A stretch of 64,000 bases of DNA, from assembly GCA_963741665.1 (NCBI GenBank), contig CAVUIM010000004.1, positions 957,122 through 1,021,121 of the forward strand, given 5' to 3'. Source of the DNA: an uncultured Acidobacteriota bacterium. GTDB lineage: Bacteria; Acidobacteriota; Vicinamibacteria; Vicinamibacterales; UBA2999. The notes beneath the pieces were generated by a model, which was given only the letters and a program-made list of their open reading frames with translations, was not told the DNA's origin and made no database searches. Below, one piece after another: positions 31,206 to 40,282 of this stretch. The position numbers and the translations under genes are program-made. Each line of letters opens with the position of its first letter. Position 1 is the first letter of the stretch.

Positions 31206-32795
31206 TCACACCGACGGCCGCGGCGACGCCGCGGCGGCCGGACCGGCGGGCGCGGTGCCGGCCGCCGGCGGCGCGGCATCGGGCTGCAGTTTGCCGAAGT
31301 ACTCGGGCATGTCGACGCCGGCGATGTCCTTCATGATCTTCATCGTCGGCGGCAGCGCGCCGGCCAGCGACTGCAGGAAGTTGGCGGTCGTGCCGTTGCC
31401 GCCGTCCCACACCACCACTTTGTCGAACTTGATGTTGGCGATGGCGCTGGCGGCGTTGGCCGACAGCGTGTCGAGGTGCTCGAGCATCAGCATCTGGAAG
31501 GCCTGCTGGGCGCCGCCACAGCTCTCGATCAGCGTCTTCATGCCCTCGCCCTTCCGGGCCAGGATCTCGTACTGGCCGCGCGCCTCGGCTTCGAGCTTGG
31601 CGTAGATCGCCCCGGCCTCGGCCAGCGCCGCGATCCGCACCCGCTCGGCGTCGGCCTCGGCGTCGACCACCACCTGCGCTTTCATCGCCTTGGCGACGGC
31701 TTCGAACTCGGCGCGCTTCTCGGCTTCCAGTTTCTTGGCCTGGGCGTCGGCGGCGCGCGCCTCGGCCAGGTACTGCGCCTCGCGCACCTGCGCATCGGCC
31801 TCGCGCTGCCGCGTCTCGCTCAGGCGGAACGCATCGGCCTCGCGGACGCGCAGGTCGGCGTTGGCCTGGGCGATGTCGGCCTTGGCCTTGTTCTCGCCGG
31901 CCACGGCGGTGGCATTGGCCTCGGCGACGCGGACGCGTTTGGCCTGATCGGCTTCCCGAACCAGGATTTCCTGTTCGTAGGCGGCGCGCTGCTGCCCGAC
32001 CTGGGCGTCCTTGCCGAGCTCCGCCAGCCGCACCTGCTTGTCGCGGTCCGCTTCCTTGGTGCCGATCTCACGCAGCTTTTCGGCGCTGGCCACCTGGATC
32101 TGCCGCTCGCGCTCGGCGTCGGCGACGCCGATCGCCCCGAGCTTCTCCTGCTCGGCGACGTCGATCTTGGCCTGCTGGATCGCCTGCGACGCCGCCTTGC
32201 GGCCGATCGCCTCGATGTAGCCCGACTCGTCGGTGATGTCCTTGATGTTGACGTTGATCAGCACCAGGCCGATCTTCTTCAGTTCGGGTTCGAGCGAGGT
32301 CTGCACCTTGTTGAGGAAGAGATCGCGGTCGCGGTTGATGTCCTCGATGCGCATCGAGGCAATCACCTGGCGCAGCTGGCCCAGGATGATGTCCTCGGCC
32401 TGCTTCATCACCATCCGCTGGTCCTGTCCGAGCAGCCGGATCGCCGCGTTGGTCATCGCCTCTTCATCGGTGCCGATGGCGACGGTGAACACCGACGGGA
32501 CGTTGACGCGGATGTTCTCGATCGACAGCGCGCCCTGCAGGGGGATCTCGATCTGCATCGGGTCGAGCGACAGGTACTCGAACGCCTGGATCAGCGGCCA
32601 CACGAAGGCGCCGCCGCCGTGCAGCGTCCGCGCGGCCCGGCCGGCCTTCACCTTGCCGTAGATCACGAGGATGCGGTTCGACGGACACCGTTTGTAGCGC
32701 CGCACCAGCAGCATGACCATGCCGAACACGATCAGCACGACGGCCAGCGCCATCAGCACCGGGATCAGGGTGACGAACGGAACGATCTCTGGCAT
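31206..32795 (-). CDS. flotillin family protein (SPFH/Band-7 domain, long Ala/Glu-rich coiled coil)
   Basis: N-terminal TM, SPFH core and EA-repeat coiled-coil (ADAERERQIQVASAEKLREIGTKEADRDKQVRLAE...). Confidence 0.9.
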   Translation of the reverse strand: MPEIVPFVTLIPVLMALAVVLIVFGMVMLLVRRYKRCPSNRILVIYGKVKAGRAARTLHGGGAFVWPLIQAFEYLSLDPMQIEIPLQGALSIENIRVNVPSVFTVAIGTDEEAMTNAAIRLLGQDQRMVMKQAEDIILGQLRQVIASMRIEDINRDRDLFLNKVQTSLEPELKKIGLVLINVNIKDITDESGYIEAIGRKAASQAIQQAKIDVAEQEKLGAIGVADAERERQIQVASAEKLREIGTKEADRDKQVRLAELGKDAQVGQQRAAYEQEILVREADQAKRVRVAEANATAVAGENKAKADIAQANADLRVREADAFRLSETRQREADAQVREAQYLAEARAADAQAKKLEAEKRAEFEAVAKAMKAQVVVDAEADAERVRIAALAEAGAIYAKLEAEARGQYEILARKGEGMKTLIESCGGAQQAFQMLMLEHLDTLSANAASAIANIKFDKVVVWDGGNGTTANFLQSLAGALPPTMKIMKDIAGVDMPEYFGKLQPDAAPPAAGTAPAGPAAAASPRPSV

Positions 32796-32796
32796 G

Positions 32797-33390
32797 TCAG
32801 CGGCCTCCGGCCGGCGCGTCGAGCGGCGCCACGACCACGGTATCTGGGGACACCAGGCGACGCACGATGACCAGCGTGCCCGTCGGGAGTTCGGCGCCGT
32901 CGCTCACCGCGGCGAGTTCGGCGGTGCGGCCCTGGACCTTCACATGCACCTTGCCGGCGCCCTGGCCGTGGGCCGGCACCCGCAGGTAGACCGTCGCGGT
33001 GACGCCGACGGCGTTGGCGGGATCGAGATTGCCCTCGACGTCGAGCCGCCGCTGCTGGCTGAGCATCCAGGCCACCGCGGCCATCGCCGCGCCCCCGGCC
33101 GCCAGCGACAGGAGCGCGCCCGGGACCGGACCGACGCCGGCGGCGGTGAGCCACCACCCGGTCAGGCCGAAGAACGCGAGGAACGCGCCGAGCGTGCGCA
33201 CTGACAGCAGGCCGAAGCCACTGCCGTGGTCGCCGGCGTGGAGGTCGTGCACGTCGGCGGCGTCGTGATCGCCGATGCCCAGCACCGACAGGAGCAGCTG
33301 GAGCGCCAGGGTGAACAGCCCGACGGCGGCGCACCCGATGTAGAAGATCCGCAGGATCACCGCGCCGCCCCCTCCCGAAGGTGGCGCCAT
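32797..33390 (-). CDS. NfeD-like membrane protein (flotillin-associated)
   Basis: TM bundle plus a C-terminal OB-fold-like beta domain (GKVHVKVQGRTAELAAVSDGAELPTGTLVIVRRL). It ends 2 nt before the flotillin start. ATG at 33390 (an alternative GTG lies at 33360). Confidence 0.6.
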   Translation of the reverse strand: MAPPSGGGGAVILRIFYIGCAAVGLFTLALQLLLSVLGIGDHDAADVHDLHAGDHGSGFGLLSVRTLGAFLAFFGLTGWWLTAAGVGPVPGALLSLAAGGAAMAAVAWMLSQQRRLDVEGNLDPANAVGVTATVYLRVPAHGQGAGKVHVKVQGRTAELAAVSDGAELPTGTLVIVRRLVSPDTVVVAPLDAPAGGR

Positions 33391-34100
33391 TCTAGCAGCG
33401 CCCGCGTCAGGACGATGTGGCCGGCCAGCGCCGTCGTCACCAGCACGGCGGGCAGCCAGACATAGGGGAAGAACAGCACCCACGTGTTCACGTGCCGCGG
33501 GTCGTCGCCGAAGGCACGCACCATCGGCGAACTGGCCACGGCGACCACGGTGATCACGGCCAGGCACCACAGCCCCCAGAGGTTCCAGATCCAGATCGCC
33601 AGCCGAGGCACGGCGACGCCAGCGCGCAGCAGCAACGCCAGGACGACGGCCCCGGCGCCGGTCACGATGTCGAGGTTGTAACCGGAGTACGACATCTCGG
33701 GCGGCATGATGCCGAGCGTCGCGGCGCGGTGCATCAGCAGTTCGAGCGGCAGGCGGAAGGCCTGCAGGCCCACCAGCGTGGCCACCGGCACCACGGGGGC
33801 CAGGCGTGCGCCGGTCGATCCCAGGCCGACGGCGAAGGCCAGCGCGAAGACCAGGACGATGAGGATGGCCATCGGCGGCGGCGCCATGTCGAATCGGCTG
33901 AGCCGCCCCGACAGCGAGACACCGGCCGTCAGCGTCATCCAGCCGATGACAGCGAGCGCCGCGGCTCGAGCGCGGGCCGGATCCCGGCGTGCCATGACCG
34001 CGACAACGACCACGGCCATCCCGACGGCAAGGCCGCCGATGCCCCAGGCGGCGACCGCGTCGAAGACAGGTACGGGTACGGACGCTGCAGCCGTCGGCAT
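33357..34100 (-). CDS. polytopic membrane protein, hypothetical
   Basis: 247-aa ORF with about 7 hydrophobic helices. Confidence 0.5.
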   Translation of the reverse strand: MPTAAASVPVPVFDAVAAWGIGGLAVGMAVVVVAVMARRDPARARAAALAVIGWMTLTAGVSLSGRLSRFDMAPPPMAILIVLVFALAFAVGLGSTGARLAPVVPVATLVGLQAFRLPLELLMHRAATLGIMPPEMSYSGYNLDIVTGAGAVVLALLLRAGVAVPRLAIWIWNLWGLWCLAVITVVAVASSPMVRAFGDDPRHVNTWVLFFPYVWLPAVLVTTALAGHIVLTRALLEWRHLREGAAR

Positions 34101-34135
34101 CGCCGACAGCCTAGATCAATCGAGGCCGAACGTGA

Positions 34136-35317
34136 TCAGCGGCGCCCGAAGGTGATCGTGTAGTCGGAACGGCCGCCGAGGAAGAACCGGGCGGAGGGTC
34201 CGGCCACCGTGTCGGTCCCCTGCCCGGCGGTGAGGCCGATCACCTGCGGATACCAGATCCCGCCCTGGAACAGCCGTTCCGGCACCGTCCAGCCACCGGG
34301 TTCGTCGATCCGGGGATTGAAGGAGACGTAGACGCCGCCCTGCTTCCACTCGTTCGACGTCGCCTGGTTGAGCAGCATCACGTAGCTCTCGATCGAGGTG
34401 TTCCAGTGGATCGACGGTCCCCAGAACACGTTGACGCCGCTGTTGCCGTTGTCCCAGCGATCGCCGGCGACCATGATCGGCGAGGCCAGCGGATAGCGCC
34501 AGTCGTCGATGAGCGCGGGCACCTCGGGCGACGCGTCGTCGGCCGGCGCCGGCGCGAACTCCCCGATCTCGGTCTGCACGGCGGCCGGCGGTTGCCACAC
34601 GCCGTCGGCGAAGACGTCGACGCGGCCGGCGGGGGCGTCGCGGTCGGCCCAGGCCAGTCGGGCGGCCGAGACTCCGGTGCGGCCCGTATCCTCCATGTAC
34701 TGGGTGTAATAGAGGTAGACGAACAGGCGATCGGGATCGAGCACCGCCGAGAAGTCGCCGACGCCGCCGACGAAATAGTGGTTGTTGGTGGTGCAGCGGG
34801 TGGTGTCGGCCGGCGTCTCCAGGATCGGCCCGAGGTCGATCCACGACCGGCCGTGGTCGTCGGATCGCGCCGCGCCGATCCGCGGCCAGACCTTGCCGGA
34901 GCCGGCGCAGACCACCCCGTCGCGCTCGTTGTGGTAAAAGCCGTACCAGGCCTCGGTGTCGCGAATCACGCTCTCGAACCAGAAGCCGCCGTGCGGCGCC
35001 GCCGACGCGAACGCCACCGGGCCCTGAGCCGCCAGCCGCTGCACGCTGCGGCCCGCGCTCAACTGGGCCGTCCCGGCCACCGAGTTGAGCATCGACAGCC
35101 GCCACTCGCCGTCGGCCATCTCCCAGATGGCCGGGCTGTTGGAGTCGGCGTGGTTCGGAAAGTTCAGGCTGGCGCCGGGCACCAGCGTCGCGTACGGCTC
35201 CCCGGCGGAGGTGCGCGCCGACGACGCGACGGTGGCGACGATGCCGGCGACCACAATCGAGGCCGCCATGGCCAGCCGGTGACGCCGGCGGAGGTCGAAA
35301 TTGGACAGTCCTGGCAT
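34136..35317 (-). CDS. exported protein with BNR/Asp-box motif (glycoside-hydrolase/sialidase-like beta-propeller), hypothetical
   Basis: Signal anchor followed by an SDDHGRSW Asp-box. Confidence 0.45.
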   Translation of the reverse strand: MPGLSNFDLRRRHRLAMAASIVVAGIVATVASSARTSAGEPYATLVPGASLNFPNHADSNSPAIWEMADGEWRLSMLNSVAGTAQLSAGRSVQRLAAQGPVAFASAAPHGGFWFESVIRDTEAWYGFYHNERDGVVCAGSGKVWPRIGAARSDDHGRSWIDLGPILETPADTTRCTTNNHYFVGGVGDFSAVLDPDRLFVYLYYTQYMEDTGRTGVSAARLAWADRDAPAGRVDVFADGVWQPPAAVQTEIGEFAPAPADDASPEVPALIDDWRYPLASPIMVAGDRWDNGNSGVNVFWGPSIHWNTSIESYVMLLNQATSNEWKQGGVYVSFNPRIDEPGGWTVPERLFQGGIWYPQVIGLTAGQGTDTVAGPSARFFLGGRSDYTITFGRR

Positions 35318-35367
35318 GACCCGGGGCCGAGAAGCAACCGGCGTGCCTTAACGTCCTTTACAGGCGG

Positions 35368-36375
35368 ATGACAATGCGTGACAGTATCGCGGTCGCCTGG
35401 GAGGCCCCGATGACCATCCGAGCCCGGATCGCCCTCGTTGGATTGGCCGTCGCGCTCGCGGCCGCGCCGCACGGCCTCACCGCGCAGCCACCGCTGCGGT
35501 CGCAGCTCGTCGGCCACTGGCGCCTGGTCGGCACCGAACAGGTGCGCGAGGGCGAACCGCCGGCGGCGACACTGGGCAGTGCGCCGTTGGGCCTCATCAC
35601 CTACACCGCCGACGGACACATGCTGGCCCAGCTCGGTCCCGCCACTCGTCCCAAGGTGCGCGCCGCCGACGCCACGCCGGACCAGGTGCGCGAGCTGCTC
35701 CGCACCCAGACCAGCTACTTCGGCACGTTCACGGTCGACGAGCGCACCCGCACGGTGACGCACCACCGCGACGGCAGCCAGGTGCCAGGCGAACGCGACT
35801 TCGTCCGCACCATCGATCTGTCGGGCACGCGACTGGTGCTGACGACGCCGACCACCGTGGTGGACGGCAAGAAGCGCTTCGCCCGGATCACCTGGGAACG
35901 CGTCGCGCCGGCGCCAGCCCAGCCGCCCTACGACGCGGTGGCGCGCACGGCCGTGGCCGGCACCTGGGAGCTGGTGGCACACCAGACCACCTCGGCCAGC
36001 GGCGAGGTGCGGCGCGCGTTCGGTCCGTCGCCGAAGGGCCTCTTCATCTTCAGCGACAACGGCTACACCACCGTGCAGATCGTCAACCCGCAGCGCCCGG
36101 CGACGCCGCTCGACAAGGCCACCGACGACGAGGCCCGGGCGCTCGCCAGCTCGTATCTCGCCTACTTCGGCACCTACGACGTCGACCTGGCGGCGAAGAA
36201 GATCGTCGTCCACACCACGTCGGACTTGAATCCGTTGAACAACGGCGTCGATCAGATTCGCTTCTACGAGATCGACGGCGACACCATGTACCTGCAGCCG
36301 CCGCCGGCGGCCAACGGCAGCGTGTCGCGAATCACCTGGCGCCGCGTGCGCACCACGCCGTCGCAGGGGCGCTGA
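35368..36375 (+). CDS. secreted protein with two tandem lipocalin-like domains
   Basis: Two repeats of the LVGxWxLV...YxGxFxV pattern (LVGHWRLVGTEQ ... YFGTFTVDE and VAGTWELVAHQT ... YFGTYDVDL). The probable start is the internal ATG at 35410 (MTIRARIALVGL signal). Confidence 0.55.
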   Translation: MTMRDSIAVAWEAPMTIRARIALVGLAVALAAAPHGLTAQPPLRSQLVGHWRLVGTEQVREGEPPAATLGSAPLGLITYTADGHMLAQLGPATRPKVRAADATPDQVRELLRTQTSYFGTFTVDERTRTVTHHRDGSQVPGERDFVRTIDLSGTRLVLTTPTTVVDGKKRFARITWERVAPAPAQPPYDAVARTAVAGTWELVAHQTTSASGEVRRAFGPSPKGLFIFSDNGYTTVQIVNPQRPATPLDKATDDEARALASSYLAYFGTYDVDLAAKKIVVHTTSDLNPLNNGVDQIRFYEIDGDTMYLQPPPAANGSVSRITWRRVRTTPSQGR

Positions 36376-36400
36376 CGCGCCGCTACACGAGGAGGCTGTC

Positions 36401-37360
36401 ATGACTCACTATCCGCCAGCGCGTCGGGACATCCTGAAGCTCTCCGCCTGGGCCGCCGCGGCCGTGCCGCTGCTGGGCACGGGGCGCGGCGTCGCGGCCA
36501 CAGGCGGCGCCCCGGCCTACGACCCTGGCGCCAGCTTCGACCTCGACGTGACCGAGGTGGAGATGCGCCGCAACCGCGCCGGACGCCTGCTGATGGCTCG
36601 CGTCTACCGTCCGAAAGGGCCCGGGCCGTTCCCCGTGGTCCTCGACCTCCACGGCGGCGCCTGGAACCGCAAGGACCGGACGGCCGAAGAACCGATGGAC
36701 CGCGCCATCGCCGCCAGCGGCGTGCTGGTGGTGGCCATCGATCTCACCCTCGCTCCGGAGGCGCCGTATCCGGCGTCGGTGCAAGACGCCAACTACGGCG
36801 TGCGCTGGCTGAAATGGCAGGCGCCCACCTGGAACGGCGACGCCGCGCGGCTCGGCCTCTACGCCAGTTCGAGCGGCGGGCATGTGGCGCAGCTGCTCGC
36901 GATGCGTCCGCACGACCCGCGCTACAACGCGATTCCGCTCACCGGCGCCCCGCCGGTCGATGCCACCGTGGCCTTCGTCGCCATGCGCTCGCCGATCAGT
37001 GATCCCGTTGCCCGCTACGAGAACGCCGTGCGGCACAAGCGCGAGAGCATGATCGACAGCCACAAGACCTACTTCGTGCCGTGGGAGTCGATCCACGAGT
37101 CCAGCCCGCAGGCCATCCTCGAGCGCAAGGAGAAGGTGACGCTGCCGCCACTGCTGCTGATGCAGGGCGCGCTCGACGACAACGTGCTGCCGGCGGTGCA
37201 GGAGAGGTTCGCGGCCACCTACCGCGCTGCCGGCGGACACTGCCAGCTCGAGATTTTCGCCGGCAGCGAGCACGAATGGGTGGCCACGCCGGGCCCGCAG
37301 ACCGACCGCGCCCGGGCGATGGTGAAGGCCTTCATCGCCGAGCAGTTGCGGCGCACGTAG
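36401..37360 (+). CDS. alpha/beta-hydrolase fold esterase/lipase (HGGA/HGGG family), Tat-signal
   Basis: RRDILKLSAWAAAAVP Tat motif, oxyanion VVLDLHGGAW and nucleophile elbow YASSSGGH. Confidence 0.8.
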   Translation: MTHYPPARRDILKLSAWAAAAVPLLGTGRGVAATGGAPAYDPGASFDLDVTEVEMRRNRAGRLLMARVYRPKGPGPFPVVLDLHGGAWNRKDRTAEEPMDRAIAASGVLVVAIDLTLAPEAPYPASVQDANYGVRWLKWQAPTWNGDAARLGLYASSSGGHVAQLLAMRPHDPRYNAIPLTGAPPVDATVAFVAMRSPISDPVARYENAVRHKRESMIDSHKTYFVPWESIHESSPQAILERKEKVTLPPLLLMQGALDDNVLPAVQERFAATYRAAGGHCQLEIFAGSEHEWVATPGPQTDRARAMVKAFIAEQLRRT

Positions 37361-37398
37361 GTAGCGACTGGCCCGGCGCGTGCTGCCGCGACGGGCGG

Positions 37399-37749
37399 CT
37401 ACCGCGCGGCCGCCTTGAGTCGGCGCACCTTCAACGCGAGCGCCACGACCACGAGCAGGATGGCACCGAGCGACACGGCCAGGCCGCGCCTGCGGAAGGC
37501 CACTTCGTCCAGCGCGACCTGGCCAGCCGCGTCGACCCTGGCGGTGATGGCCAGGCCCTCCTGCAGCATCGTGCTCACCGGCGCCGGGTCGAACGCATGC
37601 ATCTCGGTCCGCGCCAGGGTCAGGTGGTTGCCCGCCTCGCGAAGCGCCAGCGACTGATCGCCCATGTCCATGCCGGCGTTCTCGGCCGACGCGACCAGGG
37701 TCGAGGACCGATCGATCGCGGTCTTCAGCGTCTCGATCCCGGTGCGCAT
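37399..37749 (-). CDS. small C-terminally membrane-anchored hypothetical protein
   Basis: ATG at 37749 gives MRTGIETLKTAIDRSS... and a C-terminal TM LAVSLGAILLVVVALALKV. Confidence 0.3.
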   Translation of the reverse strand: MRTGIETLKTAIDRSSTLVASAENAGMDMGDQSLALREAGNHLTLARTEMHAFDPAPVSTMLQEGLAITARVDAAGQVALDEVAFRRRGLAVSLGAILLVVVALALKVRRLKAAAR

Positions 37750-38720
37750 CGTCGTGGCCGCGCTTGATGTCCGTTGTCGCCCTCGCTGTGACAGGCGGAG
37801 CACAGCGCCGTGGCATCGGTGCCGAGCATCGCGTCGGTGGGCTTGGCGATCTCGTGGTTGCCGTGGCACTCCACGCAGCCGCGGTCGAAGATCTGGCTAT
37901 GCGTGCTCAGCGCGAACTTGGTGGCGAACACGGTGTGGCAGGTGCCGCAGACGTTGGCGACCGCGCCGACGCCCGGCGGCGCGGCGCCGTGATTGCCGTG
38001 GCAGTCGTTGCACGTTGGCGCCGACAAGTCATTGCGCTCGGTCATGGCCGCGTGATGCACGCTGTTCTCGTACTTCGCGCGCTGGTCGGTCGGCAGCGGA
38101 GAGCCGTCGGCCGCCGTGTAGCCCTTCATGCGCTCGGCGTCGGCGTGGCACTAGGTGCAGGTGGTCGCGACGTTCGCCGGATAGACCGGCGACTGGGCGT
38201 CGCCGACCAGCCGCACGCCGTGCGCGCCGTGGCAACTGACGCAGGTGGCGACGTTGGTGTCGCCCGTGGCCAGGCGCTGGCCGTGCACGCTGGTGGCGTA
38301 CTCGGTCGCCTGGTCGACGCGCTGCTTCGGGGCGTACTTCCGCATCAGCGCCGCGTCGCTGTGGCAACGCGAGCAGACGGCGATGACCGCCTGGCCCTCA
38401 GGCTTGCCGCGGAAGCCCGTCGGCGCCGCCTTCGCCTTCAGCTTGTCGGGCTCGCTGGCGTCGCCGCCGTGGCAATCGACGCAGCTGAAGCCCCGGTCGC
38501 GGTGGACGTCGGTGGCGGCGAAGTCGCGGGCCGGCGCCGCGAGATGCGCCGCGGTCTGGTCGCGATGGCAAGTCTGGCACGACGACACCGGTGCCGTCTG
38601 GGCGCCGGCTGGAGTCGCCCACGCCACGGCCGCCCACATCGCCGCGGCCACGCACAGTCGCCGCGCAGGCGACCAACGACCCGCCGGATGGTTCGCGTGT
38701 CTATGCGGCGACATAGCCAT
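37725..38720 (-). pseudogene. nona-heme c-type cytochrome; single frame interrupted by an in-frame TAG (38151-38153) that falls inside a CxxCH motif
   Basis: ORFs 38151..38720 and 37725..38129 are in the same frame, separated only by TAG. Heme motifs are CQTCH, CVDCH, CSRCH, CVSCH, C-T-TAG-C-H, CNDCH, CGTCH, CVECH and CSACH. Confidence 0.65.
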
Positions 38721-39784
38721 AGATGGTGAAGACGATGAGATAAATCACCGCGAGGACCCCCGCAGCAGTGATGAGCCGGTTGGGGCGCCCGGCGGCCGCT
38801 CCCGGGTCGAGGAACGGCACCACGACAATCAGCCCGGCAGCCAGGCCGAACCCCAGGACGCCCAGCATCTCGCCCTCGATCCCGAGCACGTGGCCGGAAT
38901 CAGCTTCAGCGTCTGGAACATCGCCAGGAAGTACCACTCCGGCCGGATGCCAGCCGGCACGGCCGCGAACGCGTCGGCCTTCTTGCCCAGCTCCCAGGGC
39001 AGGAACAGCGCCAGCGCTGCCAGCACCGCCAGCGCGACGTACCACCACATCACGTCGTGCAGCACGTAGTTGGGGAAGAACGGCTCCTGCGGGATGCGTC
39101 TCGCCGGCCTTCTCCCGCGCTCTCGACGCTCGGCGGCACGCTCATGCCCTGACGCTGGATGAGCAGCAGGTGCAGACCCGAGCAGGACGGTGGTGATCGC
39201 CGGAAGGATCGCGACGTGGATGCCCGTAGAAGCGCGTCAGCGTCGCGCCGGTCACGTCGTCGCCGCCGCGCAGGAAGCGGACCAGGAAGTCGCCGACGAC
39301 CGGCACGGCGCCGGCGATGCCGGTGCCGACCTTGGTCGCGAAGAACGCCAGCTCGTTCCACGGCAGGAGGTAGCCGCTGAAGCCGAAGCCCATCATGACG
39401 AAGAGCAGCAGCACGCCGGTGATCCACGTCAACTCGCGCGGCTTGCGATAGGCGCGGAGGAAGAACGTGCTGAACAGGTGAACGAACGCCATCAGGATGA
39501 GCAGGTTGGCCGACCAGCTGTGCACGTTGCGGATCAGCCAGCCGAACTGGCACCTGGCTGACGATGAACTTGACGCTCTCGTAGGCCTCGCTGGCGCTCG
39601 GCCGGTAGTAGAGCAGCAGCAGGATGCCGGTGGCCACCTGGACGCCCACCAGGAACAGCGTGATGCCGCCCATGAAATACCAGACGCTGTGCCGGTGCAC
39701 GGGCACGCTCTTCTCGGCCACGAACGCGCGAAGCGCGCTGAGGTCGAGCCGCTCGTCGAGCCATGCGTAGACGCGCTCGGTCAT
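38701..39784 (-). pseudogene. cytochrome b (bc/b6f-type, fused with subunit IV-like C-terminus); at least five frame changes
   Basis: Recognisable cytochrome b segments are distributed over three frames: [26 protein letters not shown] ... [15 protein letters not shown] ... [22 protein letters not shown] ... [16 protein letters not shown] | [10 protein letters not shown] ... PEWYFLAMFQTLKLIP | HVLGIEGEMLGVLGFGLAAGLIVVVPFLDP. Confidence 0.6.
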
Positions 39785-39799
39785 GGCGCTCCAGGGCGT

Positions 39800-40282
39800 T
39801 CAGGTCCGCGAGATCACGACGTCTTCGTGGCCGGGCTCGCCGCGCAGATTGACCGCGAACGCATCGAGGGGCCGGGGCGGCGGCCCCGAGACGACGTTGC
39901 CGGACAGGTCGTACAGCCCGTTGTGGCAGGCGCACCAGATCTGCGACGTGTCGGCCTGGTACTGCACGGTGCAGTCGAGGTGGGTGCAGACGGCGGTGAA
40001 CGCCTTGAACTGCCCGTCGCTCGTCCGCACCAGGATGGCCGGCTTGGTGCCGAACTTGACGACCGCGCCGGTGTTGGGCTTGAACTCGGCGGCCTTGCCG
40101 GCGACGACGCTGTCGGTGGCCGGCTCGGCGGTGGCCGGCGGAATCACGTACCGCCAGACCGGGTAGAAGACCGACAGGGCGGTCGAGACGAACCCGAAAC
40201 CGAGCACCGTGTCCAGGAACGACCGTCGAGGCGAAGCCACCACGTCCGGACCTCCGACTGGAAGCCTGCCGTCACCACCCAT
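39800..40282 (-). CDS. Rieske [2Fe-2S] iron-sulfur protein of a cytochrome bc-type complex
   Basis: SPRRSFLDTVLGF Tat/TM anchor and the two cluster-binding boxes CTHLDC and CACHNG. The listed ATG at 40282 overlaps the barrel-gene stop by 11 nt (an alternative GTG start lies at about 40234). Confidence 0.85.
   Translation of the reverse strand: MGGDGRLPVGGPDVVASPRRSFLDTVLGFGFVSTALSVFYPVWRYVIPPATAEPATDSVVAGKAAEFKPNTGAVVKFGTKPAILVRTSDGQFKAFTAVCTHLDCTVQYQADTSQIWCACHNGLYDLSGNVVSGPPPRPLDAFAVNLRGEPGHEDVVISRT

Noticed and set aside
38151-38153. Programmed stop-codon recoding (pyrrolysine or read-through) at the TAG inside the cytochrome
   Set aside because: Single occurrence, bacterial high-GC context, no pyl/sel machinery in the window, and many other simple indels nearby. 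A point error or recent nonsense mutation is far more likely.
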